From contig BQFW01000001.1 in the NCBI GenBank assembly GCA_020891255.1, positions 930,001 to 994,000 on the forward strand: a stretch of DNA of 64,000 bases, in the 5' to 3' direction. The notes beneath the pieces are model-generated. The model saw only the letters and a list, made by a program, of their open reading frames with translations, made no database searches and was not told the DNA's origin. This document shows, piece after piece, positions 39,308 through 52,910 of the stretch. The position numbers and the translations under genes are program-made. The first letter of the stretch is position 1. Every line of letters begins with the position of its first letter. This DNA comes from Entomortierella parvispora E1425 (Eukaryota; Fungi; Mortierellomycota).

Positions 39308-42300
39308 ATGCGAGGCCTGTCCTCCAAGGAATCCGACTACTCGGACATGAACATCCCGCTCACGGCGGCAGAGGACAACTATGGGTTTGAGCAAGGAAGC
39401 AACAGCTCGCTGCACTCGCATTCACGCTACCCACCGGACTCGCCTTCATCATCGTCGCCCCTTGCCTCTCACCAGCCCCGCACCAACAGCAGCAAAGTCC
39501 ACGGTGCACCTTCCGCCTGGTCATCGTTCATTGCCATGTTTACGGGTGGGTCCTCGGCCAATCAGGATGGGATCCGCATTATCTATCTAAACAACCCAGA
39601 GCGCAACAGCCAGTCCAAGTACCTGCACAACCGCATCTCCACCTCAAAGTACAACTACTTCACTTTTTTGCCCAAGTTCCTTTATGAGCAGTTTTCGAAA
39701 TACGCAAACATCTTTTTCTTGTTCACTGCTTGCATCCAGGTAATCATCATCTCGTCGCCTGATCAAGTCTTGTCCACTGAGACTATTTTTTCAGAGCCCA
39801 TGGCCACTCACTAGCGACCTTTTTTGTTTATAGCAAATCGATGGTGTATCTCCAACTTCACGATATACTACGGCGGTGCCACTGGCTTTGGTTCTCTTTG
39901 CTACAGCTGTCAAGGAGGTCATGGAAGACTTTGTAAGTAGACTTTTTGCATCCTTCGCGCAATGGAATTTCCAGACAGACAAACAAATAGCCAAGCGCCA
40001 CACGTGAGACTTGAACGGGCTTTTTAGATGGTGCCTGTTACTAAACAAGTTTTCTTACCCCTTAGAAACGCCATGCCTCCGACAGCGAGACGAACGCCAG
40101 GACATCAAAGGTCTTGCAAGGAAGCACCTTCGTGCCAAGATCTTGGCACTCCATCAAGGTTGGAGATATTGTGCGTGTCGAAGGAGGAGAGTCCTTCCCT
40201 GCCGACTTAGTCCTTCTCAGTTCCTCAGAGCCAGAGGGCATGTGCTACATTGAAACCAGCAATCTGGATGGGTAAGAGGCTTGTGGTGAGCGGTATAGAG
40301 AGGAGGGATTATGGAGTTCGGCCTTCGCTACCAAAGGTGTCAGCTAACACAACTTCATTCATCTTGTGTCGCAAATAGTGAAACGAATTTGAAGATTAAG
40401 CAGGCATTACCAGAAACAGTGCATCTCATCACGCCTCTTGAAGCCTCTAATCTGGGGGGCCTGATTCGCTCTGAACAACCCAACAATAGCCTCTATACAT
40501 TTGACGGAACCCTCCTAATGAACAGAACTCAAGGCACTCCAAAAGAACTACCACTGGATCCCACACAAATCCTTCTCAGAGTAAGTCAGCATGGCCTTGT
40601 TAGCAACCCAAAGTATGTTTTTAATGGCGTATTAATCTGTCTTTAATCGATCATAGGGTGCCCAACTTCGCAATACCCGCTGGGTGTATGGTGTGGTCAT
40701 CTTTACAGGACACGAATCCAAGCTCATGCGGAATGCCTCTGCCACTCCTATCAAACGTACCTCGGTAGAAAAGATGACAAATGTTCAAATCATTTTCTTG
40801 TTTGGAATCTTGTTGGCCATGTCTTTGGCTAGTGCGGTCGGCAATATGGTGATCACGAACAAGAATATTACAGAACTCCAGTATATCGACCTCCAGACGT
40901 CGACCATGACGGACTTTGGACTCAATATCTTAACCTTCTTGATCTTGTACAACAACTTGATTCCTATCAGTTTGATGGTGACAATGGAAGTTGTCAAATT
41001 CTGGCAGGCGCAACTTATCAACTCGGACTTGGACATGTACTATGAAAAGACGGATACTCCTGCGTTGGCTCGCACCTCTTCGCTTGTCGAAGAACTAGGA
41101 CAGATCGAGTATATTTTCTCAGACAAAACAGGAACTTTAACTTGCAACGAAATGGAGTTTCGTCAGTGCTCGATCGCTGGTTTGGCATATGCCGACGTAG
41201 TTGAAGAGGGAAAACAGGCCCATATCGAGGATGGGGTTGAAGTAGGCGTACACGACTTTAAGCAGTTGGACGCCAATTTACGTAGTCATCCTACAAGCAA
41301 TGTCATTGACGAATTCCTTACAGCGCTTGCTGTCTGCCATACTGTTATTCCTGAACGTCAGGAGGCGAACCCCTCAGGTATTCAGCTATAATATTATTTT
41401 TTTTCCTACAGATCTGCTGTAGTGATCAAAGTGCTAACTAAGCTCACGTCTGAAAATTAGAAATTATTTATCAGGCGTCATCTCCTGATGAAGGTGCCCT
41501 TGTATCTGGGGCAGCTCAGTTAGGATATCAATTTACGACCCGTCGACCTCGATCTGTGAACGTTCAGGTTGGCCGCCATGATTTGGAGTACGAGATCCTT
41601 AACGTCTGCGAGTTCAACTCCACACGAAAGCGTATGTCAACCATCATTCGTGGACCGGACAGGAAGATCAAGCTGTTCTGTAAGGGAGCCGATACTGTCA
41701 TTCTGGAACGTCTTGGAAGCGAGAACGAATTTGTGGACGCTACCATGCAGCATTTGGAGGACTATGCCACAGAAGGTCTCCGTACTCTTTGTATTGCAAT
41801 GAGGGAGATTCCTGACAAGGAATACCATCACTGGGTTCAGATCTATGATCGCGCTTCGACTACGATCCAAAACCGCGGGGAAGAATTGGACAAGGCTGCA
41901 GAATTGATTGAAAAAAATTTGTTCTTGCTTGGTGCCACTGCCATTGAGGACAAACTTCAGGATGGAGTGCCAGAGACTATCCACACTCTTCAGCAAGCTG
42001 GAATTAAGGTCTGGGTTCTCACTGGTGATCGACAGGAGACTGCCATCAATATCGGCTATAGTTGTAAGCTCATTCAGGAAGATATGTCGCTCATTATCTG
42101 CAACGAGCAAACACACTGGGAGACCAAAGAGTTTTTGGAAAACAAGGTTAAGGCCATCAAATCGACATATCAGCGTGGAGACGAGATCGAGCCCTTGGCA
42201 CTTGTTATTGATGGCAAGTCTCTTGGTTATGCTTTGGAGAAGGATGTCGAGAAGGTCTTCTTGGAGTTGGCCGTTCTCTGCAAAGCCGTTGTCTGCTGCC

Positions 42301-43074
42301 GTGTTTCGCCTCTTCAGAAAGCCCTGGTTGTCAAGCTGGTCAAGCGTAACCTCAAGGCCATTTTGCTTGCAATTGGAGACGGGGCCAATGACGTGTCGAT
42401 GATTCAGGCTGCACACGTCGGTGTCGGTATCTCTGGACTTGAGGGTCTTCAAGCCGCGCGTAGTGCTGACTTTGCCATCTCGCAGTTCCGCTTCTTGAAA
42501 AAGCTTCTCTTGGTGCATGGTGCATGGAGTTACCAGCGTCTCAGTAAGCTGATCCTGTTCAGTTTCTACAAGAATATTTGCTTGTATACAACCCAGTTTT
42601 GGTTTGCTTTCTACAATGGCTTCTCTGGTCAGACAGTGTACGAGTCTTGGACAATCTCGCTGTACAACGTTGCCTTGACTGTTTTGCCACCATTGTCGCT
42701 CGGAATCTTTGATCAGTATGTCAGCGCCAGGATGCTGGACCGCTATCCTCAGATGTACATGCTTGGACAAAAAAGTGAATTTGTAAGTATCACCCACACA
42801 ATAAGGTCAAACATGATAGGTGTTACACGACGACTGAAGATTTAACCCTTCCTTCTGTGTCCTTAGTTCAATGTCAAGACCTTTTGGGGCTGGGCCTCCA
42901 ATGCCATTTTCCACTCGGTTTTGATCTTTTTCGCTGTCGCGTTCATCTTCAAGAGTGACCTGATCCTTACTAATGGCACCATTGCCGGAGCTTGGGTTAT
43001 GAGTGTCACTTTGTACACTGCAGTTTTGGCGACCGTTTTGGTCAAAGCGGCTTTGATTACTGAGTAAGATTTTC

Positions 43075-43105
<31 letters not shown>

Positions 43106-43687
43106 CCCATGCACAATTTTATGTCACAACAACCCGATCTAACGCTCTTATCCTCTTTTTTAGTCTTTGGACCAAGTATGCGTACATTTCTGTCCCTGGA
43201 TCGATGATCTTTTGGATAGGTTTCTTTCCCATCTTTGCAGTTGTTGGTGCCAAGATTTCGCTTACTCCAGACTATTACGGCATCGTTGGACCCTTATATG
43301 GCCAACCAGTGTTCTGGTTGACCATTATTTTGTTGCCTCTGATTTGTAACCTTCGTGATTACACCTTCAAGTAGTAAGTGGACATCACAAGTTGAGCTGG
43401 AAATGTCAGTTGACAGCAATGTACTCATCCGAATGAAACCTTTCCTTGTCTCCTCTAGCATGAAACGAACATTCTTTCCAAGGACGTACCACTATGTTCA
43501 GGAAATCCAGAAGCTTAACATCCCTGACTACCGCCCCCGCATGGAGAGGTTCCGAAAGGCTGTGCACAAGGTCCGAAACATCCAGCGTCTGCGACGCAAC
43601 CGCGGCTTTGCGTTTTCGCAAAACGAGTCTGGCACGGCTCATCTCATCCGTGCCTACGATACCACTGCCCAGAAACCTCTGGGTTAA
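39308..43687 (+). CDS. DRS2: P4-ATPase phospholipid flippase Drs2, multi-exon
   Basis: ISTSKYN…QFSKYAN, YIETSNLDGETNLKIKQ, IFSDKTGTLTCNEM, QASSPDEGALV, KVWVLTGDRQETAINIG, LAIGDGANDVSMIQ, and the Drs2-type tail RRNRGFAFSQ. Confidence 0.97.
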
Positions 43688-44222
43688 AGAAGGATTATCT
43701 CGATTAGAAGTTATTAACAGCAATAAAAAAATTGGTGGCGTTTAATTGGCAGTCCTGTATGTGAAACCAAAAAAAAAAAAAAAAAATGTCTTGCACGACG
43801 CGACGAGTTGAAAACGGATTGACTCCTTTCCAAGCATCTCAACCTCTGTCCATCTCCCTTTCGACCTTGTACATATTCACTCTACCTCTTTCTCTCTGTA
43901 AGTAATTCGACGATGAGGATATATTTGTAATTGGAGACAAGGTTTAAAAATACTCACCGCCTCTTGTGTTAACTTTTGTGTAGTCAAAGGAGGGAATCAA
44001 TCTCTGTCCATTTGTATCCTTTGTATACACTCCCATATTGGAAACTTTGGAGTGCAATGTATGTCACTGTGCCCATGAATAGCATTTGGAATGAGCGTGG
44101 TAGCTGGTCAGGAACGAAGAATGGCTAATTGACTTGTGTGCGACTGTTGTTGAACTGAATAGATATCAGCTCGAATCCCAGAATCCCATCAGATCTGCAC
44201 TACATCGACAGTGACATCAGCA

Positions 44223-47200
44223 ATGGTCTATGCTACTCGTAGCCGGGTCATCACTCCAAGCACTGTGATCACACCCCGATCCAGTGGAATTAAAAAGGCA
44301 ACGACTCCTATTTCCCAAAAAAAGGCCATCATCAGCACTGGCGACTCGCACCTTCGACACGCTACAGATGGAAAAGATCATCATGTTGTTGAGAATGACG
44401 GTCTTGACCATCATCACATTTGGTACAAAGACTTTGCCTTGGCCAACCGCAATCACGATGGCCAGTCGCAAGCTGAACCAGCCCCTGGCCTGCAGCCCCG
44501 CACGCATTCATCCTCCAACAGTTCTGCAAGTCATGTGGCCCGCAGTCGCCGAAAGCATGCGTTGGATGGCTTTGATGACGCTATCCACGCCGGCGAAGGG
44601 GCAGCCAAGGCCTCAAAACTAAGCTCTCACTCCTCTGCTATTTTCAACTCCCGTCATGAAAGCCATGGTGACTCTGGTCATGACCTTCGAGGTGGCCGCC
44701 ACGGTAGCCCCACCATCCAGTCGACATCCATCTCTGGTAGCAAGCATGTTTCAGAGAAGGGAACTGTTAGTGCCAAGACTACAAAATCGAGCACTCCCAT
44801 GCACCACATCGAAACAGTTAACCTTAGCCGCGATGGCCATCATGCCACAAGCCACCGCTTCCAAGGGACCGATAGCACCACAACCACAACGACGACCACA
44901 ACTACCAGCACGGCCCTCCAGAAGGAGCACCGTGAGCGTATTATCCACGATGAGTCTAGGACCCGGGTCTTAACTCAAAAGTCACAATTGGATCGTCAAA
45001 AGGCTCGCGACGCGATCTTGTCCTTGGACAACGATGTCATGCTGCTTCAAAAGCTCATTCAAGAAAAAGAAGATGCCCTTCGTGCAGCTGAAGCCCGTAT
45101 GTCCGAGTTCCAACAGGTGACGATTCGTACTGAAACGCTTACAAGGGAGATCCACGACTTGGAAATTACCATCCGTGACCTTCGCACGAATATCCAGTCC
45201 AAAGACAAGGCTCTGGAGGATACGAAGCATCAGTTGATTCAAGATCGCCACAAGGGTAAAGAGCAACAAAAGCAGCTCCAGCATGAGATCTCCAAATTAA
45301 ACACCCATCTTAAGGCGAAAGAGCAGGTCCAAGAACACTCTGAGCACATTCAGAAGAATTTGGATGAAGCCAACAAGCAGCGCGCTCGCCTCATGGTTGA
45401 GGTTCGCGAGATCTCTGAGAATCTGAAGGGACGCGAAGCGGATTTAAAGGGTGCCCAGTCCGCTCTCCAAAGTCTTGAACGAATCAACCACAAGCATTCT
45501 GAGAAAACCCAGCGCTTAGAGGATGAGCTCCGAATGGTCAAAAAGGGCCTCTCTGAGCATGAGCACGAGCTCAAAGACTGCCATCGCGAGATCAAGTCCT
45601 TGGAAGGATCTCATGAAAAGGTCCGTGCTCTCAGCCTCCAGCTGCAGCATTTACGAGATCAGCTCAAGGATACTGAACATCAGTATCGCGAACTTGAGAA
45701 GGAGAACAAGTCTTTGACGCAGGACAGCTATCGCGCTCACAAGCTATCTGAACAGGTTCGGGTCCTCAAAGATGATATCAACGACAGGGAGATCCAGCTA
45801 AGCAAGGCACTGAAATCCGTTCAGGAGCTCGAGGGCTTTAAAGATCAAGCGGAAGAGCTGGAGGAAGAGCTGGAGGAGTTGCGCGATCAAGTCATTGTTC
45901 AAGAAAAGCACCTCACGTACCTTGAGAACGCCTTGGAGGCTCATGAGAACTGTGCAGTAGAGGCACTCAAGCTCCAGGACCAGATCGATATGCTTGAAAA
46001 CCGGCTGCATGAGAAAGAAACTATGATTACTGCTCTGGAGGAAGCCAATCAAGATCTCAATCAGAAAGACAATCGTATCCAAACACTTCAAGCTGAAATC
46101 AAGACAATTCTCCATGAGATGGAGTCCAAGGGACATCATGCACAAAAACTCAAGGAGAAGGCTGACCATGACATTGCCAAGATCAGCTCAACAGCAAACA
46201 CCCTTCGCACCGAAGTCGAAGGCCTTCGACAGGAACTGAAGGACAAGAACCATGCGCTTAAACAAGCTCATAAAACGGGTGAGGCTTTTGAGACTGAAAG
46301 GGACAAGAATATGACGTTGACTGTCGAGATCACTCGCCTAGAAAGGATTGTGGCCGATAAAGACCGCCAAGTTAACGATCTCGAGAAGATCGTGGAAAGC
46401 CTGAAGCATCACTCTGACAGAGCTGACCATCTCGAGAACCAGGTGAAGCAACTTGAGAAGGATGCAAAGCACGCTCGCGGGGCCGCAGACCAGGCATCGA
46501 AAGATATGGCTTCGACTTCCGCCAACGCCGCCAATATGGTGATCGAGCTGGATACTTTGCGCGAGAAATTGGACTATGCAGAGAAGGCATCCCATCTCAA
46601 CAAAAAAATTGCGGAGCAGAGCTCAAAAGATCTTGCCGCGACATCTTCTACTGCCAGTCAGCTTGTGGTCGAGGTTGAGTCACTTCGTGACAAGCTCAAC
46701 CACAAAGAGAAACAACTTGCACATGCAGACAAAAACGCCAAGGATCTGGAGCACAAAGCAGCTCACATTCAAGAACTCTTGGCGAAGATCGCGGGCCTTG
46801 AAGAGTCGTCTCATCATCATCTCACCCGCGCCCACAATGCTGAAGACAAGTCTACATCCCTTGAAGCAGACATCCGCTCAATGGAAGTCCGCCTTAGTGA
46901 ACTTCAAAATCAGCTCCACGCAAAAGAGACTGGACTCAGCGTGTCGTTGGAAAAGGCCAACAAAGACCATGAGACAACCACAAAGAGTCTTCATGACATG
47001 CGTGGAGTTGTTGCCGATTTGAAGAAACAGCTTAAAAATGCTGAGAAGGAAACTAAGCACCAGATCAGGGCTAAGGAGGACCAAATTGCCAAGCTGCAAG
47101 GCGAGATTCGGGAATGGGAGAATCACGAGGAAGGATGGGTCATCAAGGTAAACAAAACACAAATTCATGTTGTTCCATTTGGCTTGGTTTAATATATATT

Positions 47201-49271
47201 AACGCCTTTTATTATTTACGTGTTTGCTTTACTAGACCACTGATCTCACCCAAGAGCTCGAGCGCGGAACAGATCTCGTTCGTCATAATGAAAAGGCGTT
47301 GCATGATCTGAAGCACAAGCTAAATGATCAGAATATCGAGATTGGCCGTTTGAATGAGGTGATAAACAGTGCCCGTGGTGAACTCGCAGAAGACCGCAAG
47401 AGACGTGCATCGGAAATTGAGGAGCAAGTCAAGGAGCACACACATAACTACCACAATGACAAGGCCCAGCTAAAGGGTAGGATCTCTGAGCTCGAGAATG
47501 AGATCAAACACCTTGAAAAGAGGATCCGTCTCGATCATGATCATGAAATCAAGGAGCAAGAACTGGGTGAACAGATCCGCGAACTCAACTACTGGAAACA
47601 AAATGCGACTGAACAGACTAAAGAGTGGGAAATAACTGTGGCGAATCTCGAGAAGGAGAAGGAGGCACAAGTCGCACTGTTGACTCTGAATGAGCGTCAA
47701 ATCCAGACCCTCCAGTCTCAGGTCGATGAGTCTGACGTTTGGAGACAAAAGGCTATCGAGCAGGCCGGGAAGCTAACCGCCATGATAATGAGGCTTGAGA
47801 AGGAATTGGTTGTCTTGCGTGGAACATTGGCTGAGCACGATGCTAATGACGTGAGACAAACCGAGAGAATTCGCACTTTGCATGTCGAGATTGAGTCTCT
47901 CGAAGCTACTCGAGATGAGCTGCAGCGCGAGATTCGGGCCAAGGACTCGCATGTTCACGATCTTGAGGAGCGACTTCGGGATGAGATCAATAGCTATAAG
48001 GCTCGATTCGTCGATGCTCGCAAGGATCTTGCTGCGAAGGACCAAAAGATCGAAGCTTTAAATGCTCGCATTTCTGAGTACACCAGGTAAATAATTGAAA
48101 GAGATCTTTTTTTGTCGCGTCCAGAGTATTAACCTCATAATATTTTGACACTGCACGATATCTAGACACAATGTAGATCTAGAACTTCGAGTTTCTAAGG
48201 ACAGAGATATGTTGTCCCAGCTCGAGTCTACGCTTGACAAGCTACGCCACTCTCTCGCATCTCAGATGGAAAAGTACAAAGCTGTTGAATCCAAGTACCA
48301 ATCCACACTCGCTATTCAAGCAGATCAAGACAAGCAACTGTATCAACTTGAAAAGAAGATGGATCGTATCTCTGCCGAAGATATGGAGAAGCAAAAGCAA
48401 CTTCATTCGAAGAACCGTCATCTCGAGAAGGAGCTGGACGATGCTTCCAACAAAATCGATGACCTGCAAGTCGAAGTCCACAACGTCACTCGCAAGTATC
48501 ACGAGACGCTGAAGTTACTCGAGAACGCCAACGCCAAGATGTTCAAGATGGTGCCAGCCGAGAAGGCCAACCACGATGCCTGCGCTACTCGCATTCACGC
48601 TGGTGAAAAAGAGGTCACGAAGCTATCAAACCGAATCGCCGACCTGAAGGCTACTGTTGACAGCCTGAGTGCAGATCTTATAGTGCGTGAAGAGCAGTGG
48701 AAAGTATCAGAGCACGATTATAAGTCTCGCATCCACAGCTTAACCAAAAGCCAGCATACTCTGGAGACCGAACTTCGCAATGCTGGAAAGCAGCGAGAGC
48801 AAGAGCGCCTGGTCCACAGCCAAGATCGTGTTCGTGCGCAGAACGAGAAACAGTTGGATGAGGAGCTGATCCAATCTCTTCGCCATCAAGTCCAACAGAT
48901 GCAGAAAGAGTTTACGACCATGGAAACACGAATGCGTCGGGAGAGGAGCGCCACCAGAGACCTTGTTGAATTGCTTGGAAATCTTCGTCAGAGTATCAAA
49001 AGAGGTTCCGAAGCCGAGCTGCGCTCTTTGGACGAACTGGAGAAGGTATAACGCAACCAGAGGAGCAATGATGACACGATGATCGTCTAAATGTCACATT
49101 AATCTGTTTAATCTGTTTCCCTCATTCTAGGAATTGAAAACGCGTGAATCGGTCGTGGAGGAGACCATTCAGATCACGCGCAGCCGCGTGGACAGTGGTG
49201 CGTTCCTGGAGAGCCACGACTCCGGAAACACTTCGGCCTTGCAGAGCCGGCGCCGCGCAGCTGCCCACTGA
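44223..49271 (+). CDS. Large His-rich long coiled-coil protein (~1,600 aa, 4 exons), function unknown
   Basis: Disordered Ser/Thr/His-rich N-terminus followed by >1,200 aa of heptad-pattern E/K/L/Q-rich sequence. Introns at ~47149-47234, ~48088-48166 and ~49048-49129 splice in frame. Confidence 0.85.
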
Positions 49272-49445
49272 GCTGAACAGGTTTCTGTGGGACCCAAAAG
49301 AAATAAAAAAGAAGTGCCTGAGCAACTCTTTCCCACGATCCCTCTTTCATTTTTCGTTTCCTTTTCAGTCATCGTTGCTCCAATCTTCCATCCCATTCAT
49401 CCGCCCGACCTCTTCATCTCACATATTCACATCTTCAATTGCGCC

Positions 49446-51861
49446 ATGGCCCCAATTGTCGCACCCTACGGTAAGTTCTTTGCGTTGCTGTACGTGGTTG
49501 ATCGCTATCGCTACCTAAGCACTTACCATTTATTTGAACTTCATTCAATGTAGGCGAGTGGAAGTCGCCCATCGACACCAACTTCATCACTTCATCCACT
49601 GTGACCCACTCTAACCTCCGCAAAAACGAGCGCACTGGAGAGCTCTTTTGGGCCGAGATCAATGCATCCACCAATGGCCGCCAGACCATCATGACTCGCA
49701 GCGCTGACGGCGTTGTCTGTGAGCTCACCCCCGCGCCATTCATTGCCCGCAATCGAGTTCATGAGTACGGTGGTGGTGTTTTTTCGCTTGGAAGCACGTT
49801 TCTTGTAACCAGCAATGATGCTGATTGTCGATTGTACAAAGTTGACACCATTACCAAAGAGGCGACGCCGTTAACTCCCGAAAACAAGGCTTGGAGATAT
49901 GCTGACATTGAGATCCACCCTTCAGAGAAATTCTTGATCTGTGTTCGTGAAGATCACACTGTTGACACTCCTCAAACCGTCATTAATACTTTGGTCGTAG
50001 TTCGCCTTGATACCCAAGAGCCAAACGTCCAAATTTTGGCTGAAGGCGCAGACTTTTACTCTGCCGCCCGTTTCAACCCTGTTAATCCCTCCGAGTTTGC
50101 ATACTACTCTTGGAACCATCCGTTCATGACGTGGGATCACACTCAGCTCTATTACAACCACTTGAACATCGCCGATACGACTATCAGTATCGCATCTCAG
50201 ACCCTTCTTGCAGGATCAGACAAGGCCCATGAGGAGAGCACTAACCAGCCACGCTTCGCAGCTGACGGTACTTTGTACTTCATGAATGACAAAACTGGAT
50301 TCTGGAACCTGTATTCCTACAAGGCAGGCGGGCAGCCCCAGCTGGTACTCAAGGATGCAGTGGCGGCCGAGTTTCAGGGTGGGTTCTCATGGCTAGGAAT
50401 TATAAATACCGTCAAAACTGTAACTCACCTGCCTGCTTCAATAACTATTTCTGTCGGATAGATCCTGCCTGGAGATTCGCAGAGAGATCGTTCTACCCCC
50501 TGAAGTCTGACCCAACCAAGATTGCAAGCATTTATACCAAGGATGGTCAGTGACGATGATAAACTGGACGAAGCAAGAAGAAGAAAGATCACAACTTTAT
50601 GCTGACGTATGCGCCTTAATTTAATAGGCTTGGATCATCTTGCCATCATTGATGCTAAGGAGGGAACTCTCAACGATATCCCCACCGAGTTCCAAGTCAT
50701 TGCATCTGTGTATGCCTCGAAGGAGGGTGATGATGACGTTCTACTCCTGTCTGTGGGTAGCTATGATCTTCCCAGTCAGAGCATCAGCTACAATCTGCGC
50801 ACCAACCAATATGAAATCCTTATGAAATCGAGTTCCGTTGAGGTGCCCAAGGGCTGGATTTCAAAGCCAGAGCCTTTGACTTTCAAGACTACTGGAGGCT
50901 TCTGTAAGTAGCGTCAAAAAAAAAAAAAAAAAAAAAAAAAATGTCGCAGATTGTAGCCGCTAATATTTACAACTTGTATCGCTAGATGCTTACGCTCTTT
51001 ATTACCCTCCGACCAATGCTGAGTATATTGCCCCAGAAGGAACTCTTCCTCCTCTCCGTGTTTTGTCCCATGGCGGCCCTACTGGTGCCTACGCCTCGAA
51101 CTTGAACTGGAACATCAACTACTTCACATCCCGTGGAATTGCATGTGTTGCTGTCAACTATGGAGGATCCACGGGCTATGGTCGCGAATTCCGCAACCGC
51201 CTTCGTACGCAGTGGGGAGTGGTCGATGTGGATGACTGCTGCCATGCAGCCACATACTTGGTTGAACGAGGAGTTGTTGATCGAAACAAGCTTGCAATTG
51301 TCGGAGGTAGCGCTGGTGGATACACTACATTGGCGTGCCTGGCTTTCAGAGATGTTTTCAAGGCTGGAGTCAGTCACTATGGAATTGGCGATCTTGAAAC
51401 ATTGGCCAAAGACACGCACAAGTTTGAGCTCCTCTACCCGGAGAGTCTCATTGGCCCTTACCCCGCTGCACGTGATCTGTACCTTGAACGCTCTCCACTG
51501 TACTCCGCAGACAAGATCACCTGCGCCTGTGCATTCTTCCAAGGTGTTGAAGACAAGGTTGTGCCTCCCAATCAAGCAGAGATGATGGTGAATGCATTGA
51601 AAGAACGGGGCCTGCCCGTAGCATATGTACTTTTTGAAGGAGAAGGACATGGTAAGAACTTTTTTTCGGATTTTATCACCTTTCATCATGTTCATTTGCT
51701 GAAAGCTAATTTGTTGCCACGATCATATAGGTTTCCGCATTCCTAAGAATGTCAAAGCTGCACTGGAAGGTGAAGTCTCTTTCATTGGACGTATCTTCGG
51801 CTTCACACCTTTTGACGCTGTTCCAATGAAGATTGAGAATGAGGATGCAATTGGCAATTGA
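49446..51861 (+). CDS. S9 family peptidase (prolyl oligopeptidase/acylaminoacyl-peptidase-like), multi-exon
   Basis: N-terminal APYG|[27 protein letters not shown], nucleophile motif GGSAGGY, catalytic Asp in EDKVV and His in EGEGH|GF. Confidence 0.95.
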
Positions 51862-52022
51862 GCATTCGTGATGATTTAACACCATCCTTGGGGCCACCTT
51901 AAGTTTGGTAAAATCCTGCTTCGTTCTTTTCTTCGACAGACGAGGAATAATATACTTCTCATCTAAAAAAAATAAACTGAGACGATATCATGAAGTAGAG
52001 TATATGAGTATATACTGTAAAG

Positions 52023-52160
52023 TGTAATGGTCGGACAGGCAGAGAATGGGTGACGGATATACAGTAGAAAGGAATAAGGGCAGGCTAATATAATGTGAGT
52101 TCCAGATTGTGGAACTATGAAGTCGCATCTATGGGTTTTATACTAGTAGGCGGGCGAGAC
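52023..52160 (-). mobile_element. Possible truncated LTR remnant (TATA-R-U5 part) of another family
   Basis: Minus strand shows TATAAAA, then a pyrimidine-rich tract ending …CCATTACA, cut off exactly where the A3 LTR begins. No second copy in the window. Confidence 0.3.
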
Positions 52161-52366
52161 TGTAACAGTATGACATTAGTACGGTGACATCACTCGGTCC
52201 AAGATCTGGCTCACTGCGATCACTCGCTTCTTCAAAGGCGCCCGCATCCCCGACCACGAACGCACCTTGCATGCAACCATCTTCCTCATCGACGATGCCA
52301 CCCTGAGGTGGGAGGGCAATGCCCTCTCCGACGAGGCCCCCTGGGACGACTTTGTCAAAGCTTTCC
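52161..52366 (+). mobile_element. Degenerate Ty3/Gypsy remnant A3: 32-bp LTR start fused to a gag fragment
   Basis: TGTAACAGTATGACATTAGTACGGTGACATCA resembles the first bases of the A/A2 LTRs in opposite orientation. It is followed by a gag-like frame SKIWLTAITRFFKGARIPDHERTLHATIFLIDDATLRWEGNALSDEAPWDDFVKAF. Confidence 0.65.
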
Positions 52367-52910
52367 TGCAATAGGAGTACTGGGGACAGAGTGGAGACAA
52401 GAAGTGATGTTTATTCAAGTGCTAGCAACTAACTTATATAGGCGAGGATCGCGTAAGGTCACCGTATTACTGTCCTACTGTTACACCTTCCCCTTTTAAA
52501 AAATTAGTCCACGTTTCTGTTTAAAACTCTGGACCATGTCGGCACAATTGTCTAAGTTGCTCAATAGGACCCATTCGTCGGCTTCTCTGCCATAGCCTTT
52601 CCATGAAACCAAGAACTGATGTTGCCTGCGGAAACGACGGTAATTCAAAATTTCCTCGACTTCGTACTCCTCTTCGCCGTCGATGATGGTCGGGTCCGGT
52701 GGTGCTACTGTTCGAGGCCCGAGAGATTCTGGGGACGACTGAAAAGGTCGGAAGGTGTCAACATGAAATACATCATGGATCTTGTAGAACGGAGGGAGCT
52801 CAACGCGGAAAGTGACTGGCGAATGTTGCTCCAACAGTGTGAATGGCCCAAGGTACTGTGGACGCAGCTTGTCAGCTGGCCTAGTGCTATCCGCGGGGAT
52901 CGTGATGTTG
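52367..52910 (-). mobile_element. 3' end of Ty3/Gypsy chromovirus A2: integrase C-terminus + chromodomain, PPT, 119-bp 3' LTR (52367-52485)
   Basis: ORF …ITIPADSTRPADKLRPQYLGPF…EEEYEVEEILNYRRFRRQHQFLVSWKGYGREADEW…GLIF*, PPT AAAAGGGGAAGG, LTR TGTAACAG…TACTCCTATTGCA. Confidence 0.88.

Noticed and set aside
41637-42797. 386-aa antisense ORF inside DRS2, and similar antisense ORFs in hexokinase, the ABC gene and RT
   Set aside because: In-register shadow ORFs caused by codon bias of the sense gene.
43070-43105. T-run/G-run (and other long homopolymers at 6541, 16617, 39175, 50916)
   Set aside because: Simple intronic or intergenic homopolymers of unreliable length, with no G-quadruplex pattern of separated G-tracts.
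49060-49125. Box C-like AATGATGA in the last intron of the coiled-coil gene (possible snoRNA)
   Set aside because: No downstream box D (CTGA) or terminal stem.
49446-51861. S9 peptidase as a recent bacterial transfer
   Set aside because: It has five introns and, to my knowledge, this family is widespread in fungi. Nothing in the sequence indicates recent transfer.
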